This document shows positions 1 to 9,873 of a stretch of 22,199 bases of DNA, in pieces. Source of the DNA: Prevotella sp. (lineage in GTDB: Bacteria; Bacteroidota; Bacteroidia; Bacteroidales; Dysgonomonadaceae); assembly GCA_031285625.1 (NCBI GenBank), contig JAITVV010000004.1, positions 1 to 22,199 on the forward strand. Reading direction: 5' to 3'. Positions within the stretch are counted from its first letter, which is position 1. Every line of letters begins with the position of its first letter. The position numbers and the translations under genes are program-made. The notes below the pieces were generated by a model that was not told the DNA's origin, made no database searches, and was given only the letters and a program-made list of their open reading frames with translations.

Positions 1-744
1 CCGTTGCCGGAACAGAAAGGAGCGCCTTCCTGCAACTTCATAGCCTTTACGGAGCAGGCCGTGCTGGAGTTCAAGACAACGGAGCCTGTAAGGATGGTTT
101 ATACGACTGATGGAAGCGACCCGGCGCTAACGTCTCAGGAATATACGGAACCTCTGACATTTAGGGAGACAGCGACACTGAAAATCCGTTCGGTACTGCT
201 GTCCGGTAAAATGAGCCCGGTACGTACAATTACAATAGAGAAGCAAAGCTATGCCCCGGCAATAGAAGTAGCGAAGGATGCAGCTAAGGGAATAAAAGCC
301 GAATACTATAAAGGCTGTTTCAGGACAGTGGCGGAACTTGAAGGGAAGGCTCCCGTGGAAACCGGGTATGTGGCAGCGCCGCAAGAATCAAAACACAGGG
401 TAGACGGTTACAGGGAAGTATTCCCGGATGATTTCTATTCGACAGTGCTCACCGGCTACATGGACATACCCGGGGACGGAGTCTATTATTTCAGTACGGA
501 CCATGAACTGTGGATAGACGGCAAGCAGTTGATATCGAATGAGAAGGATAACCACGGGACAGCCCGTAAGTTTTCGCGCAGCGATAAATCCGCAGCTTTG
601 GCCAAAGGCTCCCATTCATTCAGGCTGGTAAGGCTGGGCGCGATATTCGGGGGATTCCCCACCCAGTGGGAAAATATCCTTATCGCTATCCGCAAGGAAG
701 GACAGCCGGCATTCGAATATATGGATAAGAGCTATTTCAGGTGA
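1..744 (+). CDS. C-terminal part of a glycoside hydrolase, probably GH20 beta-N-acetylhexosaminidase (Fn3-associated/CHB_HEX_C + PA14-like domains); 5'-partial
   Basis: Motif MVYTTDGSDP...EYTEP...ATLKIRS, then PA14-like GIKAEYY...GYMDIPGDGVYYFSTD...LWIDGKQLI. Catalytic domain lies outside the window. Confidence 0.7.
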   Translation, partial: PLPEQKGAPSCNFIAFTEQAVLEFKTTEPVRMVYTTDGSDPALTSQEYTEPLTFRETATLKIRSVLLSGKMSPVRTITIEKQSYAPAIEVAKDAAKGIKAEYYKGCFRTVAELEGKAPVETGYVAAPQESKHRVDGYREVFPDDFYSTVLTGYMDIPGDGVYYFSTDHELWIDGKQLISNEKDNHGTARKFSRSDKSAALAKGSHSFRLVRLGAIFGGFPTQWENILIAIRKEGQPAFEYMDKSYFR

Positions 745-782
745 TATAGCATATTACGCATATAATATGATTTATAATCTTT

Positions 783-820
783 CACTCCGTTTGATGTATA
801 GCCCTCAAACGGAGTGTTTA
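783..820 (+). terminator. Probable intrinsic terminator
   Basis: 12-bp inverted repeat CACTCCGTTTGA (783-794) / TCAAACGGAGTG (805-816) followed by TTT, about 40 nt after the stop codon. Confidence 0.7.
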
Positions 821-935
821 TGAAAACCGTCACGCGAAAGATTTTCCCGAAGTGTACGTCAGTACGTTTCGCTCTATAATTTGTTGCCAGTCAGTAGCTA
901 TCCGCATTTTGATATATTCGGCGAGAAAACTTAAC

Positions 936-1088
936 AGAGGGTGTGTCAAAAGTAAAATTGCACTATCAAATTATTACCCTCTTTGTCATTCTGAATGCAA
1001 TGAAGAATCTCGACCCTCCAGACACGAGATGTTTCACTCCGTTCAACATGACAAAATGAAAGTAAAAATTACTTTTGACACACCCTCT
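936..1088. repeat. MITE/REP-like palindromic element (153 bp)
   Basis: Perfect 20-bp terminal inverted repeat AGAGGGTGTGTCAAAAGTAA (936-955 / 1069-1088) enclosing an imperfect hairpin at 982-1055. Confidence 0.75.
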
Positions 1089-1440
1089 TACTTTTGCGAA
1101 TAAAATTCGCCTGAGTGTCGGCTATAAGCCGATTGAAAGATGAACTGAAAGTTCTTTGAGATACATTACAACAAGATGGATATAACCTCATCAATAGTAG
1201 CTGTTTATCAGTAAGCTTTCGCTAAACCCTGCCTTGCATATTAAAAAACATTTATAATGCTTGAAGCAGGCACACGGGGTCTTTTTAGGCAGGTTACGGT
1301 GTAAATAGAGCATGTTTTTGGGTTTCGAAGCCAATTTATGTGTCTTTTAGCCCTGTAACCCGGCTTCAAAGGCAGTATACAGGGACCCAAGACAGGTTTT
1401 TTGTGTATTTTACCCTGTAACAAGGTTTTGGAGGCTTGTT

Positions 1441-1692
1441 TTACAGACGGTTGGCGGTTTTCAGGTAATCAGGTAATAATTCTGCAAGGTCTTTTGTGTA
1501 GTCATTGTCATAATCATGGACATGGTCAAAGAAGTAAACCAGCCATGTACGGAAGTCTACTCCAGCTGCTTTACAGCATCCCATAAACGAGTAAATAACA
1601 GCGGCATCTTCCGCGGCGTCATCATTTCCACAGAACAGATAATTGCGTCTTCCTACAGCAACAGGACGGATGGAGTTCTCAGCCAGATTATC
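1441..1692 (-). pseudogene. tnpC: IS66 transposase TnpC, C-terminal fragment
   Basis: DN-LAENSIRPVAVGRRNYLFCGNDDAAEDAAVIYSFMGCCK...LAELLP, the typical IS66 C-terminus. Confidence 0.9.
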
Positions 1693-1720
1693 AAAAAGTT
1701 TTGATAAAATTTCAGCGATT

Positions 1721-2775
1721 TTACAAACCAAGATAAGCTATGAGGTCCTTGTTTGCGGCAGCCTTCCACTTCTTGGGCATAGCTTTTGTTATAGTATCCT
1801 CCAATGTATTTATAGCTTCTTTTTTCTGTTGTTCTGTAACATCCTGATATATCATTGTGGATTGCAGAGATTTGTGTCCCAAAAGTTCCTTTATTTCAAC
1901 GATGTTGATATTATCCTCTCTCCAATGACAAGCCATGGAGTGCCTCCATAGATGGCTGTGGAGATTGAGTGGAACGTCTGAACACTTCTCATGAGCACGT
2001 TTTGCATACATTTTCAACCTTTTAGCTACGGCCGGCTGTGTTAGCATACCTTTATATCCTGTGCATGGTGAGTAGAACAGATAATCCTCTTTTGGGGACT
2101 GACTATCATGGTATATGTTCATGTATAGACGTATCCATTTTACAAGATCTTCCTGAAGATAGATAGAACGATATGTTCCTCCTTTTCCATGAAGTGTCAC
2201 GTAAGGTGATTCAGCTTCCAAATGGAGATCAGACAGCTTCAATGATAATATTTCATTTATGCGCCCGGCAACCCCATAGCTAAGCATCATTAGAACAAGG
2301 TCCCTTATCCCGATATGAGTATTTGTATCCGGTTCTGCAAACAAAGCCTTTACTGCCGCGCGACTCATACCATATACCTTGACTTTAGCAGTGCGCATCG
2401 GCTTAATATACTCTTGCAGCAACGGATAGATAGGCATAATGGGGAGCTCGACCGCCTACATATTCCAAAAGTCCTTTTATTGCTGCCATCCTTATATTGC
2501 ATGTGTCGTTCTTCACTCCACGAGACCCAGTAAGCCACATCCGCCATTCGTCAAGACAAGCAACTGAGAAGCAGTCGGTACTAAGTGTGAATGGGGTTAT
2601 CGACTTCTCTTCCATAAGAAACTTCATAAAAATGGTCAACGCTGCTTTGTATGCTCTTCGGGTATGCGCTTCCGGTTTTTATCAACGGGACGTGGACCGA
2701 ATGTCACTCATATATGAGCTTTGTCAGTTCTCGGCTCTCATTTGCTTTTCGTTGACTAATCATTTCATTTCTCAT
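1721..2775 (-). pseudogene. Tyrosine recombinase (RIT-element-like), N-terminal half broken
   Basis: Catalytic motifs AGRINE, GKG, HLWRH, LGH, TMIY in ORF 1721-2437. The N-terminus reconstructs from ATG 2775 through a TGA at 2704-2706 and frameshifts near 2670 and 2410 (SAHTRRAYKAALTIFMKFL...TCNIRMAAIK). Confidence 0.8.
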
Positions 2776-2839
2776 AGCATAATGGTTATACGCAGGAAAG
2801 TCATAACACAGGAACAATTCGACCGTATCAGGGACCACC

Positions 2840-3583
2840 ACATAGCCATGATGCTTACTGATGACCGGCAGGACAGTTTCATCCGCCTGTATGTACCCGG
2901 ACGAGAGGACGATTTCCCGCACCCTGCCATACAATGGACGGAGGGCTTCTCCAAGGCGGCTGAAGCATCCGTTGACCGTGCTTTCGCTCAGGATAACACC
3001 CAGGTCCTTCAACTAGCGCAACTGCTGGTGGAACGGTATATGGTAGCTATATTTCTGGATCAGCAGCTCAGCGGCCACTGTGGAGCCGAACATGCATTTG
3101 TAGAGAGGCAGGAGCGGCAACGGAGCTATTACAACTGTTTTTTTACCTTCCCGCGGCAGTTCCATCCTGTCTTTAAGCACATATAGCTTGCCCGGTTCGA
3201 ACTCCAGGGTCCTTGTATGCTCCCCGCCTATGCGCACATACCGGTTCCTGTCAAGGTTTTCCGGCTCGATGACAACCTTCAAGGACCGGAAGGCCTTCCA
3301 GTACATTCTTGTGGGGCCTGGCGGCTTTCTTTTTTGTGGCTGCTACCGGCAGCTCTTCGATTGTGGCCTGTACAGCTTCACCTGTTTGTCCCTGTTCCAG
3401 CAGCTTCAGGCCAAAACCCTCGAAGTCCAGGCCAAGCTGGTTGGGGTCAAGCCGCGACAGTTTCTCGGACTTACGCCCAAACATCTGACGCATAAACCAG
3501 GCCAGATTCGCATTCAGACGGGCGACTTCCTCATGTAGCCGCTTGTTCTCTTCAAATACCGACTGCACGAATGCCGCGTCCAT
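2840..3583 (-). pseudogene. tnpC: IS66 transposase TnpC, N-terminal and central fragments (frameshifted)
   Basis: RQMFGRKSEK, RIGGEHTRTLEFEPGKLYV, KYSYHIPFHQQ, YIQADETVLPV spread over three ORFs. Confidence 0.9.
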
Positions 3584-3671
3584 CTTAACTTCAAAGCCCT
3601 GTTTTTCAGCTTCTTTCATAGACGAAAGATACGAAAAACAGGGCTTTCAAATAACTTTTTAGTCTGCTTTT

Positions 3672-4016
3672 TTAAGGCGTACGGCTCATTTTCAACCGTT
3701 TCAGCCGCGCGCCCGGATCCTCGCGGATACCTTCAACCAGGAGTACCAGGTCACGCCACTCCATAAAGTAGGCTTTTGTTGCAGGATCGTACTGTGGAAG
3801 TCGGTAGTGTCCTTCTTCTAGGTGCTTCATGTACAATACCAATCCTCCGTCTTCGGCATGCAATAATTTAATAATACGCCTATCCCTGTTGATAAAAATA
3901 TACACGTTTCCGCTCCTCACATCCAGTACCACGCCGCTCAGCGAATAGATACCCCGGCGTATATCAGTTGCCCCGGGACACAGGTAGTAGCGCATCGAAT
4001 CGTTCAAGCTAAACAT
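3672..4016 (-). CDS. tnpB: IS66 accessory protein TnpB (Orf2), possibly with a small internal deletion
   Basis: MFSLNDSMRYYLCPGATDIRRGIYSL...YIFINRDRRIIKLLHAEDGGLVLYMKHLEEG. Confidence 0.88.
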   Translation of the reverse strand: MFSLNDSMRYYLCPGATDIRRGIYSLSGVVLDVRSGNVYIFINRDRRIIKLLHAEDGGLVLYMKHLEEGHYRLPQYDPATKAYFMEWRDLVLLVEGIREDPGARLKRLKMSRTP

Positions 4017-4023
4017 GGCTGGC

Positions 4024-4103
4024 CTATTTGAGTTGATGGCAGATATACAACAGCCGATCCGCTTCCGACAGGCTGTTCATCCGTACCCGGAGACCGCCAG
4101 GAA
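4024..4103 (-). pseudogene. tnpA: IS66 TnpA, 3' fragment
   Basis: Reads PGGLRVRMNSLSEADRLLYICHQLK*, stops 7 nt before the tnpB ATG, and joins in frame to the fragment at 18503. Confidence 0.7.
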
Positions 4104-4111
4104 CCTCAAGT

Positions 4112-4161
4112 AAAGCTCCGAAACGACTGATAATAAACAGTTTCGGAGCTTTCTTATTTTT
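4112..4161. terminator. Intrinsic terminator-like hairpin at the island's left end
   Basis: 13-bp perfect stem AAAGCTCCGAAAC (4112-4124) / GTTTCGGAGCTTT (4140-4152), then a T-rich tract. Confidence 0.75.
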
Positions 4162-4162
4162 A

Positions 4163-4186
4163 GGGGTCGTAAATAGGGGCGGCAAA
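4163..4186 (+). repeat. Putative integrase arm-type sites (left)
   Basis: GGGGTCGTAAATAGGGGCGGCAAA resembles GGGGTCGCAAAAAGGGTCGCAA at 18368. Confidence 0.55.
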
Positions 4187-4227
4187 TGACTATTTAGTAA
4201 GTGTCATATTATTAGTTATTTAATACA

Positions 4228-4941
4228 TTATCGTAAAATGAAAGAGATGAAATCTTTTCCTTTAGAAGTCAATTTATCATCTAATATATGGATAGGATTA
4301 CCATTCGTTTGCAACTTAGACTCGCTTGCTTTATCTTTTACCAATCTATTTGATTCCAGAAAATACATTGCTTCGGAGATATCATCTTGAGAAACGTTGG
4401 TCAAGTCACTCACAATACCCTTAAATTCAGATATAAGAGTATAATGGACTTGGTAAACAGCATTAGATTGTCTTTCATTTGGATTTTTTATTATTCCTCC
4501 TCGCTGCTCATTATAAACCTTTGGATTTTTCAGAATTTTCAAGAGGAGAAGCTCAAAACTATTCATTTGTTCTAAAGTCCTTAAATATTTTTCCGTTTTA
4601 TCGTAACTGCAATTTTTCACTGTAATACTATTTATTAGAATATTTCTAAACAAAATTCTTTTTTCTTCATTTCGCTCATTTACAATATATTTAGCAGTCA
4701 ATTCAAAAATATCAAGAAAATCAGGTTGGCTAACATAAGACACACTAACTTGTTCCTTCATTTCCTCTACCTCTTCTTTCAAGGCAATATAAAATTCCTC
4801 AAGGCGTTCATGCTTTCTTTTAGCTTGTATTGCTTCTACATCAGACCAAACCGAAGTAATAGTCCCTCCCAATACAGGTATCATGGCTGCAATACCTTTC
4901 GCTGCAATTAAGCCTTTCTCTATAATATTGTCTTTCTTCAT
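4228..4941 (-). CDS. Hypothetical protein resembling the Abi-alpha/DUF4393 family
   Basis: Intact 237-aa low-GC ORF: N-terminal IPVLGG helix, EEKRILFRNILIN segment, C-terminal wHTH-like FLESNRLV...LTSKGKDFI. Family assigned by resemblance only. Confidence 0.5.
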   Translation of the reverse strand: MKKDNIIEKGLIAAKGIAAMIPVLGGTITSVWSDVEAIQAKRKHERLEEFYIALKEEVEEMKEQVSVSYVSQPDFLDIFELTAKYIVNERNEEKRILFRNILINSITVKNCSYDKTEKYLRTLEQMNSFELLLLKILKNPKVYNEQRGGIIKNPNERQSNAVYQVHYTLISEFKGIVSDLTNVSQDDISEAMYFLESNRLVKDKASESKLQTNGNPIHILDDKLTSKGKDFISFILR

Positions 4942-5361
4942 TTCTCTAATTTATTGCTCTGAATTCCATCTTTATTTCCGATTTACAGCATTTACTTTCT
5001 AAAAGCGAAGCAGATAGGTGCAGATGAATAAAGTCTAAAAATAAGCATTAAAATTTTATTTTTATAAATATCTATTAATAAATTAGATAATATACTTCAA
5101 TAAAATTCTGATTTTTATTTAAAGATTACCTTGCTTCTATGTTGTAATCCAAATAATTTAGTAAAAAGTTTCAACATCATTATAATTTATTTATTTTAGG
5201 GTTAGGGAATTGAAGAGGAATCGGGCTCTGCTGAGGAGCAACCTGACAGCAATAGATTCCTGAGACAGTATGCAGTAATGCAGATATTAGGGAGGCAGTT
5301 TTTGCTTCCCTTTCTTCATTACTGACACTGACTATATGGCTAAAAAAGCCTTTAACAAAAT

Positions 5362-5483
5362 CCTATACCGACATCCTTCTATTAGTGGACGATTTACAAT
5401 CTCCACATTTTCCTTTTCAGTGAATAGGTGTAATTGCCACAATCTCCTAAACGTAGTTTAGCTACAAGCAAGGTATAGTGGTC
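5362..5483 (-). ncRNA. Putative bridge/seek RNA of element A (core two-loop region; transcript ends unknown)
   Basis: Scaffold shared with element B. Segment TACCTTGCTT (5466-5475) is complementary to the right junction; ATAGAAG (5376-5382) matches the donor end. Confidence 0.8.
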
Positions 5484-5534
5484 TATTACTATTGAAGAAA
5501 GTCGATATACAGACTTCTTTTGGGGAAGAATTGA

Positions 5535-6653
5535 TCATTTGACAATTCCTATTTCGTATTTTCTATTATCTCTCAGCATATAATATATTCTGCAAGCTAA
5601 TTTTCTGGCTATCTTAATAATGGCAACATTATATTCTTTACCCTCTTTACGATACCGAATAAATTCCTGCATCATGGCAGGATCTTTCTGAACTGCAATA
5701 TGGGAACTCTCCACCAGCAGCATCCTTAGGTATTTATTGTGGCGAAAAGTAATTTCTCCGGTTTGGAATGTTTCTCCGCTGGAACGATAAGTTGGATGAA
5801 GTCCAAGATAGCCTATGAATTTTTTACTACTGCTAAATCTGTTTATATCTTCAACTTCAGTCAGGATTGACATTGAGGTTATCAAGCTTATGCCGGGGAT
5901 GGTTATCAGATTGTTGAAATTCCTCTGATATTTATCACTCCGGGATAATTCCCTTATATTTCGAGTGACAGTCAGTAGTTTTTCACGATGAGATTCTATT
6001 TTGTGCAGAAGCATATTTTTGGCTATCATACCTGTAGGCTCTACCAAGTCCAGGTTTCTTATCCAACTGACAAACTTCCTCGTGAAATTATAGTTAGTCC
6101 CCTCAAAATCCTGCTTGTACTTTATACCATAAAAATTGAGCATAGATTTAACCTGATTTTTATATCGCTTAATTTCATTGACTATGCCTGTACGAACTCT
6201 TAATAACATTCTGTCATTGAGCGTAGATAAGTTTGGAACGTAGATGCCATGAAGTTGTCCGGCTCGTAATGCTAAAACTATTTTAAGACTATCAATCTGA
6301 TCTGTCTTTTGTACTTCCTGTTTTTGTGATGTCGGAATATCGGCCGGATTGACCACGATATTAGATAAACCTAACTTAGTGAGCTCATAGTGAACAGAAA
6401 AACCACAAAATCCGGCCTCGTAAGCGGTATAATAGTCTCCTCCCGGATAGTGAGTTTGGAGATACCTAAGCAGCATCGCACCATAGGCATCATCTCCTTT
6501 AGCAGATTTCAGTACGGTGGAAGTATTGTTTATTGAGAATGTTCGCCCGATAATATAGTCGGTGGTGATGGTAACAGACCATGAATTCAGATGAACGTCT
6601 AAACCGACATAGATAGGTTGACCTTCAAAATCAATATTTTTTTGTTTGCTCAT
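5535..6653 (-). CDS. IS110-family DEDD recombinase/transposase (372 aa)
   Basis: GLDVH, YEAG, KTDQID (DEDD), TIPGIS, RSSGE (conserved Ser), IARKL. Start MSKQKNIDF chosen by alignment to element B. Confidence 0.95.
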   Translation of the reverse strand: MSKQKNIDFEGQPIYVGLDVHLNSWSVTITTDYIIGRTFSINNTSTVLKSAKGDDAYGAMLLRYLQTHYPGGDYYTAYEAGFCGFSVHYELTKLGLSNIVVNPADIPTSQKQEVQKTDQIDSLKIVLALRAGQLHGIYVPNLSTLNDRMLLRVRTGIVNEIKRYKNQVKSMLNFYGIKYKQDFEGTNYNFTRKFVSWIRNLDLVEPTGMIAKNMLLHKIESHREKLLTVTRNIRELSRSDKYQRNFNNLITIPGISLITSMSILTEVEDINRFSSSKKFIGYLGLHPTYRSSGETFQTGEITFRHNKYLRMLLVESSHIAVQKDPAMMQEFIRYRKEGKEYNVAIIKIARKLACRIYYMLRDNRKYEIGIVK

Positions 6654-7099
6654 AGTGTTTGTATTTAATGGGTTAGTAGATTTCTGTAAATATAAGCACA
6701 GATAAATCACCCAATTACAAACATAGGATCTTCTATTAAACATTCTATGTTCCATTAGCAGGGACAAAACCTAAAATAATTCAGGCTTACACCTAGTGAA
6801 TACAGAATGCATATAGAACAAATGCTCATAAAATATTGAGAGTCTAAATTAACAATTTTCGCATTGTTCAGTAAACTATATTATCTATAATATTGTATTT
6901 TTGTCGGAGAAAATCGTTCTTTGTACTTAATGCAAAATGAAGTGATAAACAGAAAGTCACTCGTTTCTTAACTCTACACCGAAATAGCAAGAACGTATAA
7001 AATAATGTAATTGTCTGATTACTTGGCGATAACTTCTTTGATTTACTCTTCACTGCAAGCAGCAAAAAAGCAGAATATTGTGTATTTGAGAATCCTTTC

Positions 7100-7116
7100 C
7101 GTTACGAATGCGTTAC
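7100..7116 (+). repeat. Putative arm-type integrase binding sites
   Basis: Tandem CGTTAC-GAATG-CGTTAC 200 nt upstream of the integrase. Confidence 0.45.
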
Positions 7117-7315
7117 CTGTTTTTGGCGTTTGCTCCCTGTCAAAATAACGCTTTTCCCGTGAAAAAAGAAAGATTCCCGCCTGTTTTGAAGACAGAGCCG
7201 GAGGTGAGTTAATATTTTACCCGAATCCGGTTTCTTATTCACTGAATCACAATTATTTGCATATCACTGATTAGCTCTATAACAGTTAATTTTGTAACCT
7301 GTAAAAGAGTTAGTT

Positions 7316-8560
7316 ATGACAGAAGTAAAAGTAAGTTTCTACCTCAAACGAAATGAGGAGAAAGCCGATGGGACAGTCCCTGTTTTAGGACGTATCCGCA
7401 TCGGAAAGTCAATGGTGCAGTTCAGTGCCAAAGTAAGTGTCCCCATATCCCTTTGGGATATTACATCCGGCAGGGCTACCGGCAAAAGCAAGACAGCCCT
7501 ATCCGTCAATGCCTTATTGGATAAGACCAGTGTAGCCATCCATTCTGCCTACAAAGATTTGCTGGCGAAAAAAGAAAACATCTCCGCCGAAGAAGTGAAG
7601 AATACGTTTCAAGGCATCGCATCCGGTCAGGATACCCTTGTCAAATATTACGAAGCCCACAATGAGCAATTCCTGAAAAGTGTCGGCGTGAACCGGACTA
7701 TGGAAACTTATAAACACTTCGGGACATCCCTTGCCCATTTGAAACGGTTTATGCGCAAGAAATACAATATTTCCGATATTCCCTTTTTGGCTCTCACTCC
7801 TTCTTTTGTTGCCGACTATGACTACTACCTGAGTGTGGAACTCCAGATGTCATTGAATACCATTGTCGGAATTGTATGTCATTTGCGGAAAGTAGTTAAG
7901 ATAGCCATCAACAGCGGACTGCTTCGTAACGACCCGTTTATCGGCTATAAGTACATCACCCAGCCCATCGTTCCCAAATCCCTGACAGCGGAAGAATTGC
8001 AGATATTGATACATGCGAATCTTTCCCGTCCGAACCTGAATTTCATCCGGGACATGTTCCTGTTTTCGAGTTTTACCGGCATAGCGTTCAGTGATATGCG
8101 AGCCCTCACAAGACAAAACCTGTCCACAGCCGAAGATGGTGTTCGGTGGGTACACCTCAAACGGAAAAAGACCGGCGCACCCTGCCATATCCCGCTTTTG
8201 GAAATCCCCTTGCAACTGATTGAGAAATACAGAGGAATAGCCAAAGACGGTAAGTTATTCCCGATGATCAGTTGCAGCAAGACTAATATATACCTGAAAC
8301 GAATAGCGACGGAATGTGCTATTAACAAGCGAATTACATATCATCAGGCAAGGCACTGCTATGCCAGTGTGGTAACACTCTCTCAGGGTGTCCCGCTGGA
8401 AACGGTAGGCGAATTACTCGGACACACGGATTGGCGAGCCACCCGTATTTATGCACAGGTAAGCCATGAGAAAATTGACGAAGACATGCGCAACCTGAAT
8501 AAACGTCTGTCCGGCAAATTTCATTTGGCGGATGATAAGGTAACAGATACAGTTCAATAA
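7316..8560 (+). CDS. Bacteroidetes site-specific tyrosine integrase (arm-binding + SAM + catalytic domains)
   Basis: KVSFYLK...GRIRI N-terminus; RDMFLFSSFTGIAFSD, KKTG, HQARH, LGH, TRIY. Confidence 0.95.
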   Translation: MTEVKVSFYLKRNEEKADGTVPVLGRIRIGKSMVQFSAKVSVPISLWDITSGRATGKSKTALSVNALLDKTSVAIHSAYKDLLAKKENISAEEVKNTFQGIASGQDTLVKYYEAHNEQFLKSVGVNRTMETYKHFGTSLAHLKRFMRKKYNISDIPFLALTPSFVADYDYYLSVELQMSLNTIVGIVCHLRKVVKIAINSGLLRNDPFIGYKYITQPIVPKSLTAEELQILIHANLSRPNLNFIRDMFLFSSFTGIAFSDMRALTRQNLSTAEDGVRWVHLKRKKTGAPCHIPLLEIPLQLIEKYRGIAKDGKLFPMISCSKTNIYLKRIATECAINKRITYHQARHCYASVVTLSQGVPLETVGELLGHTDWRATRIYAQVSHEKIDEDMRNLNKRLSGKFHLADDKVTDTVQ

Positions 8561-8578
8561 TAATGAAAGAAGAATAAA

Positions 8579-9869
8579 ATGAATACAAAAAATACAGCCC
8601 CAAATAAGAGTAGTAAAGATAATCATACCGCATACAGCACTTTTGCCATTTTATTTTACATTAACAGGCAGAAGATAAAGAAAAACGGGCTGTGTCCATT
8701 GATGGGCAGAATATCCATCAATGCAGAAATCGCACAGTTTTCAGCAGGAATAGACATAGACCCATCCCTTTGGGACGCGAAAGGCTACCGCATGAAAGGC
8801 AAAAGCCGTCCTGCCATCGAAGCGAACTTCCAAATTAAACAATTAAATGACAGGATTAATCAATACTACAACCGGATACTGGACGAGCAGGGCTATATAA
8901 CGGCAGAACTTGTCAAGAATGCCGTAAGCGGAATCGGAAGGAAGAAAGAGAACTTACTGGAACTCTTCCGTGAACATAACGAAGAATATGCCAAACAAGT
9001 CGGCGTTACCCGATCCGGGGAGACCATGCAAAATTACATATCCGTCTATAAGCAAACAGTGCGCTTCCTGCGTGTTCACTACGAGATGGAAAATATACCC
9101 GTCCGGCAACTGGAATTATCATTTATCGAAAAGTTTGATGCATTCCTGCGTATTGAGCAGGGATTTTCCGCCCATACGGTATCCATTTATACAATCATGC
9201 TGCGGAAGATAGTCCGCAGGGCAATCGCTCAGGGTACATTGCATAAAAATCCCTTTGCCGCTTATATTCCCGAACAGCCGCCCCGTAAGCGCAGGCACAT
9301 GACACAGGAAGAACTGGAAAAATTCATGAACGTTCCGGTAGCATCTAAACGCCAGTGCCATTCACGGGACATGTTCGTCTTCTCAACCTTTACCGGCTTG
9401 TCATACGCGGATATGTGCAACCTCTCTCAGGAACATATCCATAAGGACAATAGCAGCGTATGGATTGAAATCAACCGGCAGAAAACCGGTAGCCGGTGCT
9501 ATACCCTTACTGGATATACCCCTGCAAATCATGGAGAAGTACAGGGAAGAACGTAAAGGAAACAAACTGTTCAATATGGTAACACTTTCCCGTGTAACAA
9601 TCAATCTGAACAAGGTCGCCAAATTATGCGGGATAGAAAAGCGAATCACCTATCATCAAAGCCGCCACAATTTCGGCACCCTTGTAACGCTGTCCAAAGG
9701 AGTTCCGTTGGAAACCGTTAGCCAAATGATGGGACACAAGTGCTTCCGCACTACTCAGATTTATGCTAAACTGACACGGCAGAAACTAAACGAAGACATG
9801 AAGAAAGTAAGCGACCGTATCGGTAAAAAATACGAATTTCCTGCTCAAAACAATAACAAAACCCCATAA
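8579..9869 (+). pseudogene. Second tyrosine integrase, frameshifted near 9500
   Basis: ...TGLSYAD...RQKTGSRCY continues in another frame as IPLLDIP...HQSRH...MGH...TQIY; consistent with loss of 2 nt in TGCTATACCC. Confidence 0.9.
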
Positions 9870-9873
9870 ACCA

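Larger units (their letters stand above)
5135..6730 (-). mobile_element. IS110-family (IS1111-like) element A
   Basis: On the transposase strand: left end CCTATGTTTGTAATTG (6712-6727), right end TTATTTGGATTACAACATAGAA (5135-5156), both identical to element B; AA core at 5135-5136 and 6731-6732. Confidence 0.88.

Noticed and set aside
780-1043. 12-nt repeat TTTCACTCCGTT at 780-791 and 1032-1043
   Set aside because: Only two copies, each in a different hairpin; plausibly chance
852-1103. 83-aa ORF
   Set aside because: Lies across the palindromic repeat and has no recognisable motif
1089-1210. TACTTTTG -7 box and boxA-like GTTCTTTGA, suggesting an rRNA/tRNA leader
   Set aside because: No structural RNA gene follows, here or beyond 18877; motifs are too short alone
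2497-3186. 229-aa plus-strand ORF
   Set aside because: Antisense to tnpC and the recombinase remnant; no motifs
4060-4110. Possible tRNA gene at the island's left end
   Set aside because: Only a short 3'-end-like segment; upstream sequence is tnpA and forms no cloverleaf
6654-6767. 38-aa N-terminal extension of recombinase A in the ORF track
   Set aside because: Crosses the element's left end; element B aligns from ATG 6653
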